DNA from: the human T2T-CHM13v2.0 reference genome, Homo sapiens
DNA: 64,000 nt
Assembly: GCF_009914755.1 (NCBI RefSeq)
Contig: NC_060934.1
Strand: one strand, 5' to 3'
The notes below the pieces were generated by a model. That model was given only the letters and a program-made list of their open reading frames with translations. It made no database searches and was not told where the DNA came from. Of the stretch, positions 45,675-60,619 are shown piece after piece; the first letter of the stretch is position 1, and each line of letters begins with the position of its first letter. A program made the translations under genes and the position numbers.

Positions 45675-46510
45675 CCTAATTGCCAGGACCCGCAAATTCT
45701 GACTGAAAAAGACCTTCTTGTTCTCCCCACGGTCATTCATCTAAATGGTTGTCAGTGGTACAGTGTTCATCTTTTCTCAAAAAGTCAAGTTTTATTTGAG
45801 GAAGTTACAGATTTCCATATGAACTCCTAGAGAGAGAGCCTGCCCTTGTTCAGGGTTGCCCGGGGGATGCCTGCCATGTGGTAAGGTAAGGGTTTCTCTG
45901 CCCCTCATCTCCCAGCCTGCTGTCCCCAGGAGCGAGTTCCTTAACCCCTAGCCGTGTCGTTGAGCCCAAGCTTGTAACCTGGATATGGGAGCTGTCTATT
46001 TAGGAAGAAGGCATGTGTGGTAATTTCTAAAAGAATTAAAATAGATTTTTATGCTCTTGTACTATGTTTTGTGCTTAAAAGGAAGAGCCCCGATATAATG
46101 GAGAAAAGCCAGAAGGAGCTTGGATGCCCTCAGAGAGCCCTGTCACCTGTCTGTAGGGGCAGAAAGGAGGATGCCTTTCCTCACCCATCACAAGGGGCAC
46201 AGCCAACACCTAGAATAGATTACCAAGGAAAAGTATAAAATGTATGTAAAGACTTAGGTGACACAGGAGCCTTCAGAAATAAAAACCCAAGAGAAACTGC
46301 ATGTTCACACTCAGATTCAACGAAGAGTGGGTGGCTGTGCAGAAATGTGATTGGACAGAAGGGAAGGATCTAATCGTAGACTGGATGGGGAAGCCTTGCC
46401 CCGTGTGTAGCTTTCTTCCTTCCAGGTACAGGGCAGGGCCCTTCTGGAATGAAGGTCTGGGATCCATTTTCAGATAAAGTAGTGTTGAGGATGTCTTTGT
46501 GGCCGGCTCC

Positions 46511-47097
46511 TGTAGTGGACCTCAGATCCGGGTGCTCGCCAGTTACAGAGTCCAGTTGACAAGAGCAAGGTCTGGTAGAAAGAAAGTGACTATTAACCAG
46601 AACTAGTCATGGGGATATGGCTGGATTCCCACCCAAAGTAACTACTTTGAATTCTGGAGAGAAGGCAAGGGTTTAAGAAGTGGGGAGTAGGAGCTTGAGC
46701 TGGGAGGCGCGCAGGGATCGTGCTGAGTACAATGTGTGTCTTGTTCCGGCGGCTGTCCTGGGCCTCCGTCCACCTGGAGTGCGGGCTGGTGTCATCTCAA
46801 CAAGTGGCCAGATTTGACTGCTCACCTTGAGGTAAGCTCTGGGATTTTGCAGCTGGGTTTCCACGCTTGGTCTGTCTCAAGATTAGTCCCTAGAACTTCG
46901 AAGTAAGCACGTAATTAGAGACTAGCTCACAGACACATGTGAAGAGAGTATACGGTGAGAAAGGGGAGGGGTATGGAGTCTATTTTAAGATTAAGGGAAA
47001 AGGCTTCTGCAGTTTGCTCTAAGGTTGCATCTCAGGACTAAAGAGAAAGGAAAAAAAAGTCTAAAAATGCATTTTGAAGTTAAGCTGCTCAGTTACA
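46511..47097. mobile_element. nested solo LTR (ERV1-type, family not assigned)
   Basis: TGT...ACA termini with 4-bp TSD ctcc. Confidence 0.7.
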
Positions 47098-47139
47098 CTC
47101 CTACACAAAGGCCAGGGAAAGTTAGAGTCATATTTCTAG

Positions 47140-47441
<302 letters not shown>

Positions 47442-48859
47442 GTATTTCTAGGTTTTATGGCTGGCCTCGCAGGAGAGGGGTTCTGGTTTCTATGACCTGC
47501 ACTGGGGAAGAGGCATTCTACTTTCCGTGGCCTACCTTGAGGGGTGGTGGGGTGCGGGCAAGGGAAGGGGCCAGAGGGTCAGAGAGCCCTTGCCTCTGAG
47601 GCCCTTCCGGTGTCCTGCAGTTCCTCAGTGTGCCAAAACCACAGGCCTTGGGGTATCATTTTCTGAGCCCCAGCATATCCCTCTATTTTGCCCTTAGGTC
47701 TGGAGGAAGGTTCCAGGGCATTTGCCCTTGGTGGGTGCAGGTAGGGAGGATCTGCGGGTCTTCCTCATGCCAGGAGTCTTATCCCAGAATCAAAGGCTCC
47801 TGGTGGGTAGGAGCGTGTCCCATGTGCAGCACGCTTGGCTGTCCGAAGTTGCTGATGAGAAGCAGCATAGGATCTGGCAGGGACGGTCCTGAGTGGAGAG
47901 GCTGAGATGGGAGGTGGTGGCCCACGGTTAGCGGGCTGGATTTTCTGGGGCAGCCTCCATGCCAGCATTTTGTCTTCATCCCGGAACCCTGTGCACTGAG
48001 GTGCAGGAAGCGTGTGTAGTTTCACACACTTAAGTGTAAGAAAGCATGTTCCTGTTGAAAATAACACCCCGCTGGGCATGCTGTGGGGTGACGGCAGGTT
48101 TTTGCCCTCCTCCTGCAGCTAAGCACTGGAGCCCTGGGTTCCCATCGGGGCTGTGGCACTGTGCTGTTTCCCGGGCCACTGCCAGGGAAGGAGCCTCCTA
48201 TATTGCTGGGCAGGGCCTGCGTGCAGGTCCAGGTTTATAAATTTTAGAGCTTGTTCAGAAAGCAGGCAAAAAGTGCTGTTGGAGGTGCTAAGATATAAAG
48301 GTTTTTCCCCGGGTGTGTATTATTTGCTACTTAATATTCTAAAGAAAAATTAGAACATTAAGTTATTAACATGAATGTTTCTGCTTTTCTTTGCACTGTG
48401 TAGTGGCAATTTCAAATGCAAATATAAGAGCATTTAACTTGTGTGTGGGATACTTGAGCTGGCCCATCTATGTCTATCTCAGCTTCTGCCAGGATGCTGG
48501 AGGCACTGCACAAAAGGAAATGCTCTTGATCCATGCACATTCCCTCAGCGAATGCTGCCTTAAGGCTAAGGTTACCATGAGAGAGAAGGAGCTGTGGGTT
48601 GCCCTCTCATTGCCTGCCTTCTGTGTCATCTTCAGTGTGAGTAGTTGGCTAGTACAGGCAAGAGACAAGGCAGAGAGGATATGATGGCTTCCTCCGTCAT
48701 CCGTGTTTCTTAGAATGCAATTGCTCTCTTTCTGGGCTGGAAGCAAGTTCTCATGTGATTGGAAAGCGTGGTGCCAGGGCTGTCAGCTCCAGCTGTCCTG
48801 TCGTAGCTGGTTACATGCTGATGTTGCCCTCGCCTTGAGTCTTGTCACCTCCGATGCTG

Positions 48860-49101
48860 AGGCCCACTGGAACGCTGCTTCTGGCGCATCGCGAACCCTG
48901 CATGTTAGCCGGGTGGCAAGGAGTAGCCAGTTCTCTGCTCACCCACATGCTCTGTGGTGCCCCTGCACTAACAGCACGAGTTCAGATAAAATTATTAAGA
49001 ATTTCGAGATGACGAAAGCAGAACGTGAAACTGAGTGTGGTCCTTCTGAGTGCAGGGCCCCATGGGACCGCACAGGTGGCAGGCCTGGAAGGCCAGCCCT
49101 G
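48860..49101 (-). mobile_element. MER45-like hAT fragment
   Basis: reverse complement cagggctggcc...gaaattcttaataattttatct resembles MER45 as recalled. Confidence 0.6.
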
Positions 49102-49339
49102 CTTCAAGGAGTGTGGCTGAAGGAGGTCGGGGAACTCAGGCCCTGACCCCAGGGTTCTCCTTTCCCGGAGATTCTGTTAAAGGGCCACTCACCTTAGCCA
49201 TGATCTTCTTTGAACTTGCTCCGAACTGCTCGCTAGAGAAACACACACCCGGTCACCTGTGACCCCTTGTTCTAGGTGCATTCCTGCAGGGACATACTCT
49301 CCACCTGATGCTGAAACCACCACAGCAAACAGGTGCTGT

Positions 49340-49525
49340 CATGAATAGTTGACATGTATTAAGTCATTTAATTCTCACCACAACCCTATGAGGTAGGCAT
49401 CTTCAGCCCCATTTGACAGATGGGGAAACTGAGGCATGGGTGAAGCACACTGCTCCTGGTCATAGTACCTGTTGGACCTGGGATTTGACTCTGGGCCTCC
49501 TGGCTGCAGTTTGCCCTCTTAACCC
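49340..49525. mobile_element. MIR
   Basis: core catttgacagatggggaaactgaggc. Confidence 0.8.
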
Positions 49526-49991
49526 CTATGAGGTGTGAGGAGTCAGTGAATTGGCTCCTGTGGCTTGGGAGGGAGACATGTTCCTCTGGGTGTCCAGGGA
49601 CAGCACTGGGTGCAGGGTGGAGTGCTGGGCTGTGGATGGGCCCATATTGGTCCTAATGGTAGGCAGAGAGGGTGAGGAGGTGCCCAGGACCGGCTTTGCC
49701 AGAAGGAGAGAGAACGCTGGCACCACAGGAGCAGCCCACCGTGAAGGCCATGCCCTGCCCGAAGCGCGGTGCCTATTTAGAACCCGAGGGCCCCCCAGCA
49801 CGATGGCGTTTTGGGGGTTATTTTTGTTGGTGGGGAAACAAGCTCAGGAATTTGCCAAAGCTCTTATCCAAGGGGCGAGTGGCTCAGCCAGGGTTCATTA
49901 CCAGGCTCCGGATCCTGCTTCTCCCGGATCACAGCAAGCGCTGTGCTTAGGCCTGGGGTGGGGGACGGATTCTCCCTGAAGGCAGGTCTGA

Positions 49992-50439
<448 letters not shown>

Positions 50440-50949
50440 GCAAATACTGGAAGTTTTAAGTCAAGCGAACAAACATTAAACTGTTCTGTCCTCTTACCTT
50501 GACAAATACACCTACCAGTGACCGGGAAGGCTGCCTTGTGAATTTAGAAAGTCCTGGGTCTTGGCAGCTTCAGGGGACAGATCGCCCCGCTCACGTTTGC
50601 CCCTCTTGCTTCCCACCCTGTTTCTGTCCCTTCCCCGGGGCCCTGGGGCACACAGGGGTGGGATCGGGGGTCCAGGCCGGGAAGGGCTGCTCAGGCTCCG
50701 GGCACGCACTCCTGGGGGCGGCCTGTGCACATCCCTTTTGGAGGGGTCTGCCCCACGCATCCGGGGAGGTACGCAGCCCCTGGTGCCAGGGTCCAGGTGG
50801 TGCTACTGGGGAGGGCGCGTGCAGGAACCAGCAGCCCTGGAACCAGACGCCAGGGTAGGAGCTGGTCACGAGCCCTGCCTGGCTGGGTCGGGTCCCTGTC
50901 CTGGGTCCCAGAGTGCCCTGGACGTTGGGGCTGCAGGGACACCCCGGGG

Positions 50950-52120
50950 CCAGCGACGGCAGGTGATGTCCAGGGCCCCGCGCCAACTGGGAGCTTTGCT
51001 GCCGCTGCGGCCTTGTGTGAATTTGGAGGGACAAGGCCGGGGCGCGAACTGAATCTACTGTCATATGCGGAGTCAATGCACCATCTCCAGGACCTCGAAA
51101 GCCTCAGTTTCCACGTATGCAAAACGGTCCATGGTGCCCTCGTACCCTGGTCGCTGCTGCACCATCGAGGTCAGCGCGCGGCAAGTCCCAGGTAGGCCAC
51201 GTCGGCTGCAGACCTCGGCGGCGGGCGGTGGCGGCGCGTGTCCACGCGAGGGCGCTGCGCACCGCGCTTCAGCCCGACCTCGCCTTCTGCAGGGGCGGTC
51301 TCCTGGCGCCAGGGGGCGTGCGAGGACCGAGGAGAGCGCAAGAGTAAGCCCGCGGGTGCCGGAGCGCGCGCCCCGCCGTGTGCTGGGTCCAGGGCGCGCG
51401 GCCGGCCTGTCCGGGCCTCCTTCGCAGACGAAGCGGCTGGAACGTCTCGGGGGCGCGCCAAGCCGGGGGCGCATGCCTGCACACGTGTGCGGGGCTCACC
51501 TGGTGCTGCGGCCGGCTCGGGCGTTGCCTGCACGCACCGTGCTCTACCTGCGGGAGCGGAGTGGAGTCCGCGGTGCCTGCGTGGCCGGGGCAGGGCCCAC
51601 AGGGTCCGGCTCAGAGCCCCGCCCCGCTGCCTGCGGCTGCCGAGCCTTTCCAAGCTCGAGGGGGCCGGGACCTTTGGGAAACCAGCGCCTGAGGCTTGGG
51701 GGCGGCCGTGCTGGGAGTGGCGGCTGCCGGGAAGCAGGGCGGATCCCTGGACACCTGGAGCCCTGCCCCCTCGTCCCCGGGGACCCGGGGGTCTGTCTGG
51801 TTGGGGTCCGAGCGGCCTCAGGGTGGGCGCTGCATCCTGGCCCGGGGTGCACGGTTGTGCGGGGGACACACTTGTCCCGTCCTGCCCGAGCTGCGACCTG
51901 GGCCAGAGAAGGGAGCGGAGCTGGCATAGCCCCAGCCCCAGCTCACTGGGGCGCCTTGCCCGCCTCCCCAAGCCTGGGCCGGCTTGGCCGCTGCAGCCAC
52001 CGGGCCTGGGCCCCAGCACTCGAGCCGCAGGGCGTCGCAGGCCTGGCCTCGCTTCCCCAGAGTCGGCCCTCCCCAGGAATTTTTTGTTCCTTAGCCCTAG
52101 TGAACCTTCTGCGTCCCCTC
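50950..52120. promoter_or_regulatory. CpG island
   Basis: very high GC and CpG density over ~1 kb, not Alu-derived; GC boxes; CACGTG palindrome 51479-51490. Confidence 0.85.
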
Positions 52121-52706
52121 GAAGAGGGGAGCCAAGGGACCTTGGGGACAGTTGAGGTTCGGGTTTTTAAAACACCAATAGGCTTTATTTTTAGAACAGT
52201 TCTACATTTACAGAAAAAATGAGCAGCTAGTCCGGAGTTCTTATTACAACCCCTGCTGCCTCCCCCCGTGAACATCTTGCACAGGCGACGTGCATTTGTT
52301 CTAATGAACGAACAAATAGTGACACGTTACTATTAGCTAGAGTCCATACAGCTGAGGTCCCCTTTCTGTCCCAGGATCCCACCGGGTCGCCGTCTGCTCA
52401 CGCTCCTTGGCGGCAGCATTTCTCAGACTCTCCTTGTCTCTGGTGATCGTGACGGTGTGAGAGTATTTTGAAGGCTCTTTCTCGACTGGGGTTTTCTCAT
52501 GGTCAGGTTGGGGCAGCGGTGTTTTGGGAGGAAGCCCGCAGAGGCAAGGCGCCGCCCCCCTCCCATCACATCGAGGCTACACGCTGCTGACACGCCTTCT
52601 GGCTGCGGCGCTGACCTTGGTCACCTCGCACGTCTCCACCCCAGTTCTGCTTTCTCCCTCCTTCTATAGGGTGTCGTTGGAAGTCCCTGTGTGCAGCCTA
52701 CGCTGA

Positions 52707-53071
<365 letters not shown>

Positions 53072-54882
53072 TTCTCTGCATTTACTCATCTATTTGATCA
53101 TTCTGTCAGTGTAGACTCATAGGTATTATATAAGGGGTTAGGAGGGGTGTGGTTATAGGCTGCTGGTGTACACTTGGGCACTTGTTGTGTGTGTCCCTAT
53201 GCTTGTCTGTGTTTGAAATGTTTCTAATGAAGTGAAATAAAGATGGGGTTAGGGCCGCCACTGAGGGGTGAACCAGGCTGGTAGACAGTCTCTTACCAGA
53301 GCCTGCCCCTGTGTCAGGGAGGGCTGGGTCTGGATTGGGCTGTGTTGGGCCTTTGTCCCTGCCTGGTGCCCTGTCTGTGCTAATGGCTATGGTCCTAACA
53401 GAGGCTCCTGGGGCCTAGGGGGTGGTTCCTGTTGGCCTCTAAAACCCGCCCTACTCAGTGACCGAGAGAGCAAGTTGGGACCCACTGGGACCGGGCCCTG
53501 CCCTTCAGGTGGCCCTGTGGCCTCTCCGAGTGCATGGCAGTAGAAGTGGTGGGGGACATTGCAACCTGCAAAGTGCTGGGCTGGAGGCCACTTGCTGAGC
53601 CACGCTGTTTCTGGCAGGGACTTTCTGACAGGGCTGATGTGTGTCCTGAAGGGACTCCTGCCTGCGTTTGGGGCTGTCCCTGAAGCGAGAGCACGGGGTG
53701 TCTGTGGGGGCTGGCTCCCCTCTCCTGAGCCCACCCCGGTCTCTGTGGATGGCTGCCGGCCTGGGTTGATGGATGTGGGCTCATTATCTTGTCTGTCTTA
53801 GGGGAAGGTATTAGCTTGGCAGTTCATAAAAGATTTTAATTAAAGAGGGAAGAATCATTTTGGCAAACTAGCCTTGTTCCCACACTCAAATGACCTGTCA
53901 AAGTTATAAGTTCGGTTAATTTCCACACAAAACCTTGCTATTTTGGGGGAATTCAGCTGGAGTCTGGGGCGACACAGCCCTGGGACTGGGCACCCTGGGT
54001 GGAAACCTGTTTCCCTCTCTCTTCTTGCCTGTGAAAGCCCCTGGCAGCCACCCTGTCCCTGCTTCTCCAAAGCCCCACTCTCTCTGCCCATCTGCCCACA
54101 GTCCCCATGGGTCCCAGTGTTACCCTTGACCCCTTTTCCACATGCCCTTCCCGCCCAGGTCCTGGTCTCCTGCAGAGCTGCCTCATCTCCAGGCATCCAC
54201 GTAGACTGTTACATCCTCTTCTCCATGTGCCAGTGATGGGATGCTTAAAATACATTTTGAGAGAGTTATGGGCTCACAGGCAATGGCGAGGGATGGTACA
54301 GAGAGACCCTGTGTACCCTGCCCTGTTCCCCACAGCAGGAGAATCTTGCAAAATTGGAGTGCAGTAGCACAGCCGGGACATCCCACCAATACACCACGAG
54401 CCTTGTTCTGGCTTCAGTTTTTTGTGCACTGGTCTGTGTGTGTGGGCACGTTGAATTCTAGACAATTCCACCACAAGCACCCACAGCCAGATGCAGAACA
54501 GCCATCACCGAAGGCTCCCTCCTGCCCTTTCACCCACAGCCACCTTCCCTCCCACCCAGCTCTCCCGGGTCGGCGGGTGGGTCTTTTTAAACCACACCGC
54601 AGGTCACGCCTCCTGTAGCCTGCAGTGGCATCTCCCAGGCCTTCCCAGGCCTTCCCAGGCTGGGTCCGCAGGACTCCTCACCATGGCGGCAGAAGTGGCC
54701 CCTGAGTGACAGCAGGTGCACTTGCCCTGCCCGGCTGTCTCAGGACCTCCTCACCCCTGCCTGGATGCTGCCTAGCCCACCCCTTCCACTGCCTCCCTCA
54801 CACTCCTCCCCCTCCCCCGCCCGCCTTCCCCCTATGCTCTCCCTCTGACTAAGGGAAGAGTTTCTCAGGAGCCTCGCTGCCC

Positions 54883-55020
54883 CTCTCTCTGTCTCTGTCT
54901 CTTTCTCTCTCTCAGTCTCTTTCTGTGTCTCTCTGTCTGTCTATATCTCTGCCTCAGTGTCTCTGTCTCTGTATCACACTGTTTCTGTCTATATATATCT
55001 CTGCCTCACTATCTCTCTGT
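54883..55020. repeat. degenerate (TCTCTG)n
   Basis: seen directly. Confidence 0.85.
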
Positions 55021-55469
55021 CCCTTCATGCTACTAGGACGTCTGGCTGCCCTTTCCTCCCTCCTGCATCCCTGGCATGTGGAACGGTGCTCGATGACTCA
55101 GATCCCTGCTCCCTACCTTGGTCTTTCCTGAGCGTGCTCAGGGCTGTGCTTGGGGACAGGATGGGGACCTGTGGCTTCTCTCACCTCCTCTCCTGCCAAT
55201 GCCTGCTGCCCTGCAGGCCCCTGGAGGTCCCAGGCTGGTGACTGGGCATGCAGACGATGGAGGAGCCCCCAGGGGTCCTCGAGGCACCCCCTGGAAAGTG
55301 GCCAGGTGTTGATTTGGGCCGAGCCGTGTGTGGGTCTCCTGTGGCCTGGCCACCAGCAGGGACAGAAATGGCAGGGTGATCACTGGCTGACCCAGAGATT
55401 TTGTTTCCACTGAGCCTTGGCCTTCGTTGACTGTTACCACTGGGCTTTGAGTCAGACGTGGCATGCTGC

Positions 55470-55580
55470 TAGAGAGCGAGAAAGAGCGAGAGTGAGAGAG
55501 AGAGAGGGAGGGGAGGGGAGGGGAAGGGAGAGGAGAGAAGGAGGGAGAGGGAGGAGGACGGGTGGTGGGGAGGAGGAGGT
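55470..55580. repeat. polypurine (GA/GGA) tract
   Basis: seen directly. Confidence 0.85.
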
Positions 55581-57311
55581 TCTGAATTCTCCCAGACCTC
55601 CCGGCCGGCACCTCCAGGCCAATGGAATATTTAGTTCTGAATCCTTCCCTGGTGCAGATTTCAAGTGAGGAGGGTGATCTGGGCCTTGTCCATCTCTGTC
55701 ATCTCTCAGGTGTCTGGCAGGCTCGGCCCCTGGCTCCTGGCCATTGTGGGGGCACAGAAGGAGAAACAAGGACATCCCTCGGCCTCAGGGGCTGGCTAGA
55801 CACAGGCAGGAGTGAAGATACACACGGCATGGAAAGGCAGCCGTGGCCCTTAGCGACAGTGGCGCTGGGAGCCTGGCTCCCTGGGGGCGGTTCAGAGATG
55901 AGCGAGAAGGAGCGGTGAGCTGGGAACGCAGTGCCCTCCAGGCCAGGGAGAGCTGGGGATGGGGCTGTGGAGGGGCTCTGCTGGGGTCCCTGAGTCACAC
56001 CGGCTCCTCTGTGGCACTCCTTGGCTTCAGCACCCCCTCCCCACTCCCTCCTGGGTGCAGGATCCCCTCCTGCGGTGTCCCCTTGCTCCCCAGTGCTGGG
56101 TCCATGGAGGCTGCAGACACCGTCTGCTTGTGCATGTCCAACATCCATGCCGAGTCACTTGGTCACTCGGGGGACCCCACACAGCTGGCACCAGGGGCCT
56201 GCAGTGGATGGAGGTCCATCCATAGTAAGTATGGGGCTAGCCCTTGACCCCACAGTGACTGGGAGCCCCTCAGCTCCTGGGCAGGGTAGGGGTGATGGAA
56301 GTGGAAATGCTGCTGGAAATACATTGGCCTGGGCCGCTGCGGCAGGAGGAACTGTGCACGGCCGGAAACCCAGGTGCAGGCAGGCTATGTGGGTGGTGGC
56401 TGCTGGCCTGGGGACAGAGGCTTCAAGGACTGCAGTCGTAGTGACACGACACTGACATAGGTGGGACTGGCAGAAGAGGCCAGGTGGCCGGCTGGACCCG
56501 AGGGGTGGTCCTCGAAGCCATTTTTGGCCCAGGGTGCCGCGGGCCAGTGCCAGGAGCCCCACAGGCAGCTGCGTCCTGTTTGCATCAGATCCGAAGGATG
56601 GGAACAGGACAGGGAGCCAGGTTCCCATCGCCCATCAGGCCAGGCCTTCTCAGGAGCCCTCTGTGGCCTTCGTTAGGCTCCTATTACAAGGCTGCATATG
56701 GACAGGTGGGGCTTACCTGATTCTCGCAGCACAGATTCTATTTTTTGGAGCAGGGGAGCGGGCAGGCACCCTGCACAGCCCGGCCATTTAGTAAGACTCG
56801 CTTCTTTCTGGGTGTGCTGGGCGTTCACTATGCTTTCATGTCAATAGGAGAGTCACCGTCCCCACCCACTGTATCACGCACCCATTGCCACAGTAACAAC
56901 AGTCAGAACCCCCACCCCAGTTCTCTGCTCCTGTCTGTTGCCAGCTGGGGCTTGTGGACTCTGCTTGGCGGGGCGCTCACACACGTGGGGTTGGCTGGGG
57001 GCTGGCTGCTCTGGGACAACCCCGGATTGACAGCTCAGCTGGGCTCCACTGGGCCTCTCATCCTCCCCACAGCTGGCCTGGGCTTGTCCTCAGGGAGCTC
57101 ACAGAGTCCAAGATGGCAAGTAGATGTGTGTGAGCCCCTGGAGCCCAGACTGGAGCTAGTGCCATGCCCAGTGTCCAGGGGTTGGGAGAGGCTTCACCTC
57201 TTCATGGGGGCTGCAAAGGTGCATTGTGGAAGTGTCAGGCTGCAGGGAGAGAAGACTGGTGTCCACTCACCTTACCAGCACAGTTAAGCTGCGGGGAGAT
57301 GACCGGCACTG

Positions 57312-57462
57312 GTGTGCATGTGTGTGTGTGTGTGGGTGCCCATGCATGTGCATGGGTGTGTAAACTCGTGGGTGCATGGATGTGTGTGCATGCGCATGGA
57401 CACGTGCACAAGTGTGTTTATACATGTGTATGTGTTTGTGCATGTGTGCATGCATGTATGTG
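57312..57462. repeat. degenerate (TG)n/(CATG)n
   Basis: seen directly. Confidence 0.85.
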
Positions 57463-58225
57463 GGAAGACGCAAGCTCATTTCCAGTATCCTGCTGGTGAC
57501 CCCCAGGACATCTTGTGGAGAGCCAGGATCTGAGCCCAGATGGGCGCCAGGGCAGGAGCTCTAAGCTTGGAGTCTCCAGCCTCCAACAGAGCGTGGACTG
57601 TCCCGGCTGCCTAGGAGAGACTCCAAGGATGCTCACACAGCACCTCAGCTGCAGAAGGTTGCAGGGAGCATGTTTGTGCAGCCTCTGCTCTGGAATGGCT
57701 GTCCTCCACTACAGGATCCTGTGGGCATCCATGGACACAGCAGGCCACAGTGTGGCACCAAGGCCTGAGCTCGCCTGCCACGGCCCGTGGTGGGCATCCA
57801 GCCTGGCCCCTGCCACCCCATGACCTGCGGGGCATCCCTGCTCTCCTGGTAGCAGCAGTACAGTGTGGGCTGAGCACCAGTCAGGTCTGACAGGCTGCCC
57901 CTCTCCAGGTGGAGGGGGTATTCCCTGTACCCCATATTCCCTGTCTGCCCCAAATCCTCTGGGTCAGCGGGAATCAGGGGTTTGATGGAGCATTCTTCTC
58001 TAGGCAGGGCCTCATCGCAGTGTGAGCAGAGAGAATCTTTCCTTTATTAGGATACAAACTGGGAGCTGATTTCTTCTACTGCTTGTGGCTGAGTCCCTTG
58101 ACGTAAAAATTATTCTGTTGAAGGGGGATGATGCTGCTACCAGCGTCAACACTGACAACCATAACGGGGAATGATTTTCCAGCTCAATTGAGTAGGTATT
58201 CTGCAGAGTAGAAGCCACAGAGGAG

Positions 58226-59168
58226 CATGGCCTGGTAGGGGCATCACCTGGTGGAGGAGCATCGCCCGGTGGAGGAACATTGGCTGGTGAGGGAGCATCA
58301 TCTGAGGGGGGAGCAGCACCTGGCAGGGGAGTATCATGTAGTGGAGGAGCATCACCTGGTGGAGGAACATCACCTGGGGGGGAGCATAACCTGGCGGGGG
58401 AGCATGACCTTGGGGGGAGCATCACCTGGGGAGGGAGCATGACCTTGGGGGGGTGAATCACTTGGGAGGGGAGCATAACCTTGGGGGGAGCATCACCTGG
58501 CGGGGAGCATCACCTGGGGGGGGAGCATAACCTTGGGGGGAGCATCACCTGGTAGGGAGCATGGCCTAGTGGGGAGCAGCACCTGGGGGGAGCATCACCT
58601 GGTAGGGAGCATGGCCTAGTGGGGAGCAGCACCTGGGGGGAGCAGCACCTGCTAGGGGAGCCTCACCTGGTGGGGGAGCATCATGTGGTGGGGGAGCATC
58701 ACCTGGGGGGTAGCATAACCTTGGGGGGAGCATCGCCTGGGGGGGAGCATCACCTGGTGGGGGAGCATCACTTGGGGGGAGCATCACTTGTGGGGGAGCA
58801 TCACCTGGGGGGTAGCATAACCTTGGGGGGAGCATCGCCTGGGGGGGAGCATCACCTGGTGGAGGAGCATCACCTGGGGGGAGCATCACTTGTGGGGGAG
58901 CATCGCCTGGGGGGTAGCATAACCTTGGGGGGAGCATCGCCTGGGGGGGAGCATCACCTGGGGGGGGAGCATCACCTGGGGGGGAGCATCACCTGGGGGG
59001 GAGCATCACTTGTGGGGGAGCATCACCTGGGGGGGAGCATCGCCTGGGGGGGAGCATCACCTGGTGGAGGAGCATCACCTGGGGGGAGCATCACTTGTGG
59101 GGGAGCATCACCTGGTGGGGAAGCATCACCTGGTGGAGGAGCATCAACTGGGGGGGAGCATCACCTGG
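58226..59168. repeat. G-rich minisatellite, 16-18-bp unit GGGGAGCATCACCTGG(T)G
   Basis: roughly 50 variant units; 102-bp and 50-bp higher-order blocks. Confidence 0.95.
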
Positions 59169-59284
59169 CCAAGGTGCCAGATTCTGTGGCTGTCCTTTAA
59201 ATCCAAGTGTAGTGGCATATCCTTCCCCCTAAGCACAAAAGTCAACAACATAGTGACAAGTTGCTCATTAAGAATTTTGTTGCA

Positions 59285-59609
<325 letters not shown>

Positions 59610-60260
59610 CTACCTGTGCGAAAATGTGAGTAACTGATTTCAAATACAGCTAAAAATACAAGTTGTAAAAAAGACACCAAATTTTTGACCAGCAGAATTT
59701 TTTTTTCCCTCAGGAGCTCTTGGATCTCTTTGAGAAATGTATTCTGTTTCATCCTTAAGCTACAGATACGGAAAGAAAATGTCATCTAGAGGTTTCACAG
59801 CGCACCGGGATTTATTGTAGCAACGCCTTGCTTGCTAAAGAGGTGCTCAGTGAGATGATATTCCAGTAAAAAGCCCACTAAGTCTCAGTGAAATGTCTGA
59901 GTAGCAGAACGTTGAGGAAGCAATTTGGTTTCATTACTTGTAAGTGCACTGTGCATTACAGAGTCGGGTAGGCATGAGAAGCATGGGGCAAGTTAATGGA
60001 AATAGCCTTTTACTAGAGGGACACATTCCATGATGCTCTTTTCTTAAACATACATATAAAAATCTTATCACTCCTAAAACATCCTTTAGCTTTTAATCAT
60101 GAGTTCCTAGAAGCCCAGGCTGCAACCAGGCACTGCTGCCCCAGGACCAGGTTCTGGGATGAGTGTGACTGCACGGTCTCCAGGTGACCCTGGCCGGCCC
60201 CTTCCTCTCACCACTGAAGGCCCTCCTTCTCCTGAAAGACTGTATCAAAAGCAGATGGTG

Positions 60261-60619
<359 letters not shown>

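Noticed and set aside
51065-52222. 385-aa, 305-aa and 282-aa overlapping ORFs
   Set aside because: Open on several frames and both strands, low-complexity G/A/R/P composition, no recognisable domain; expected from stop-codon scarcity in a CpG island.
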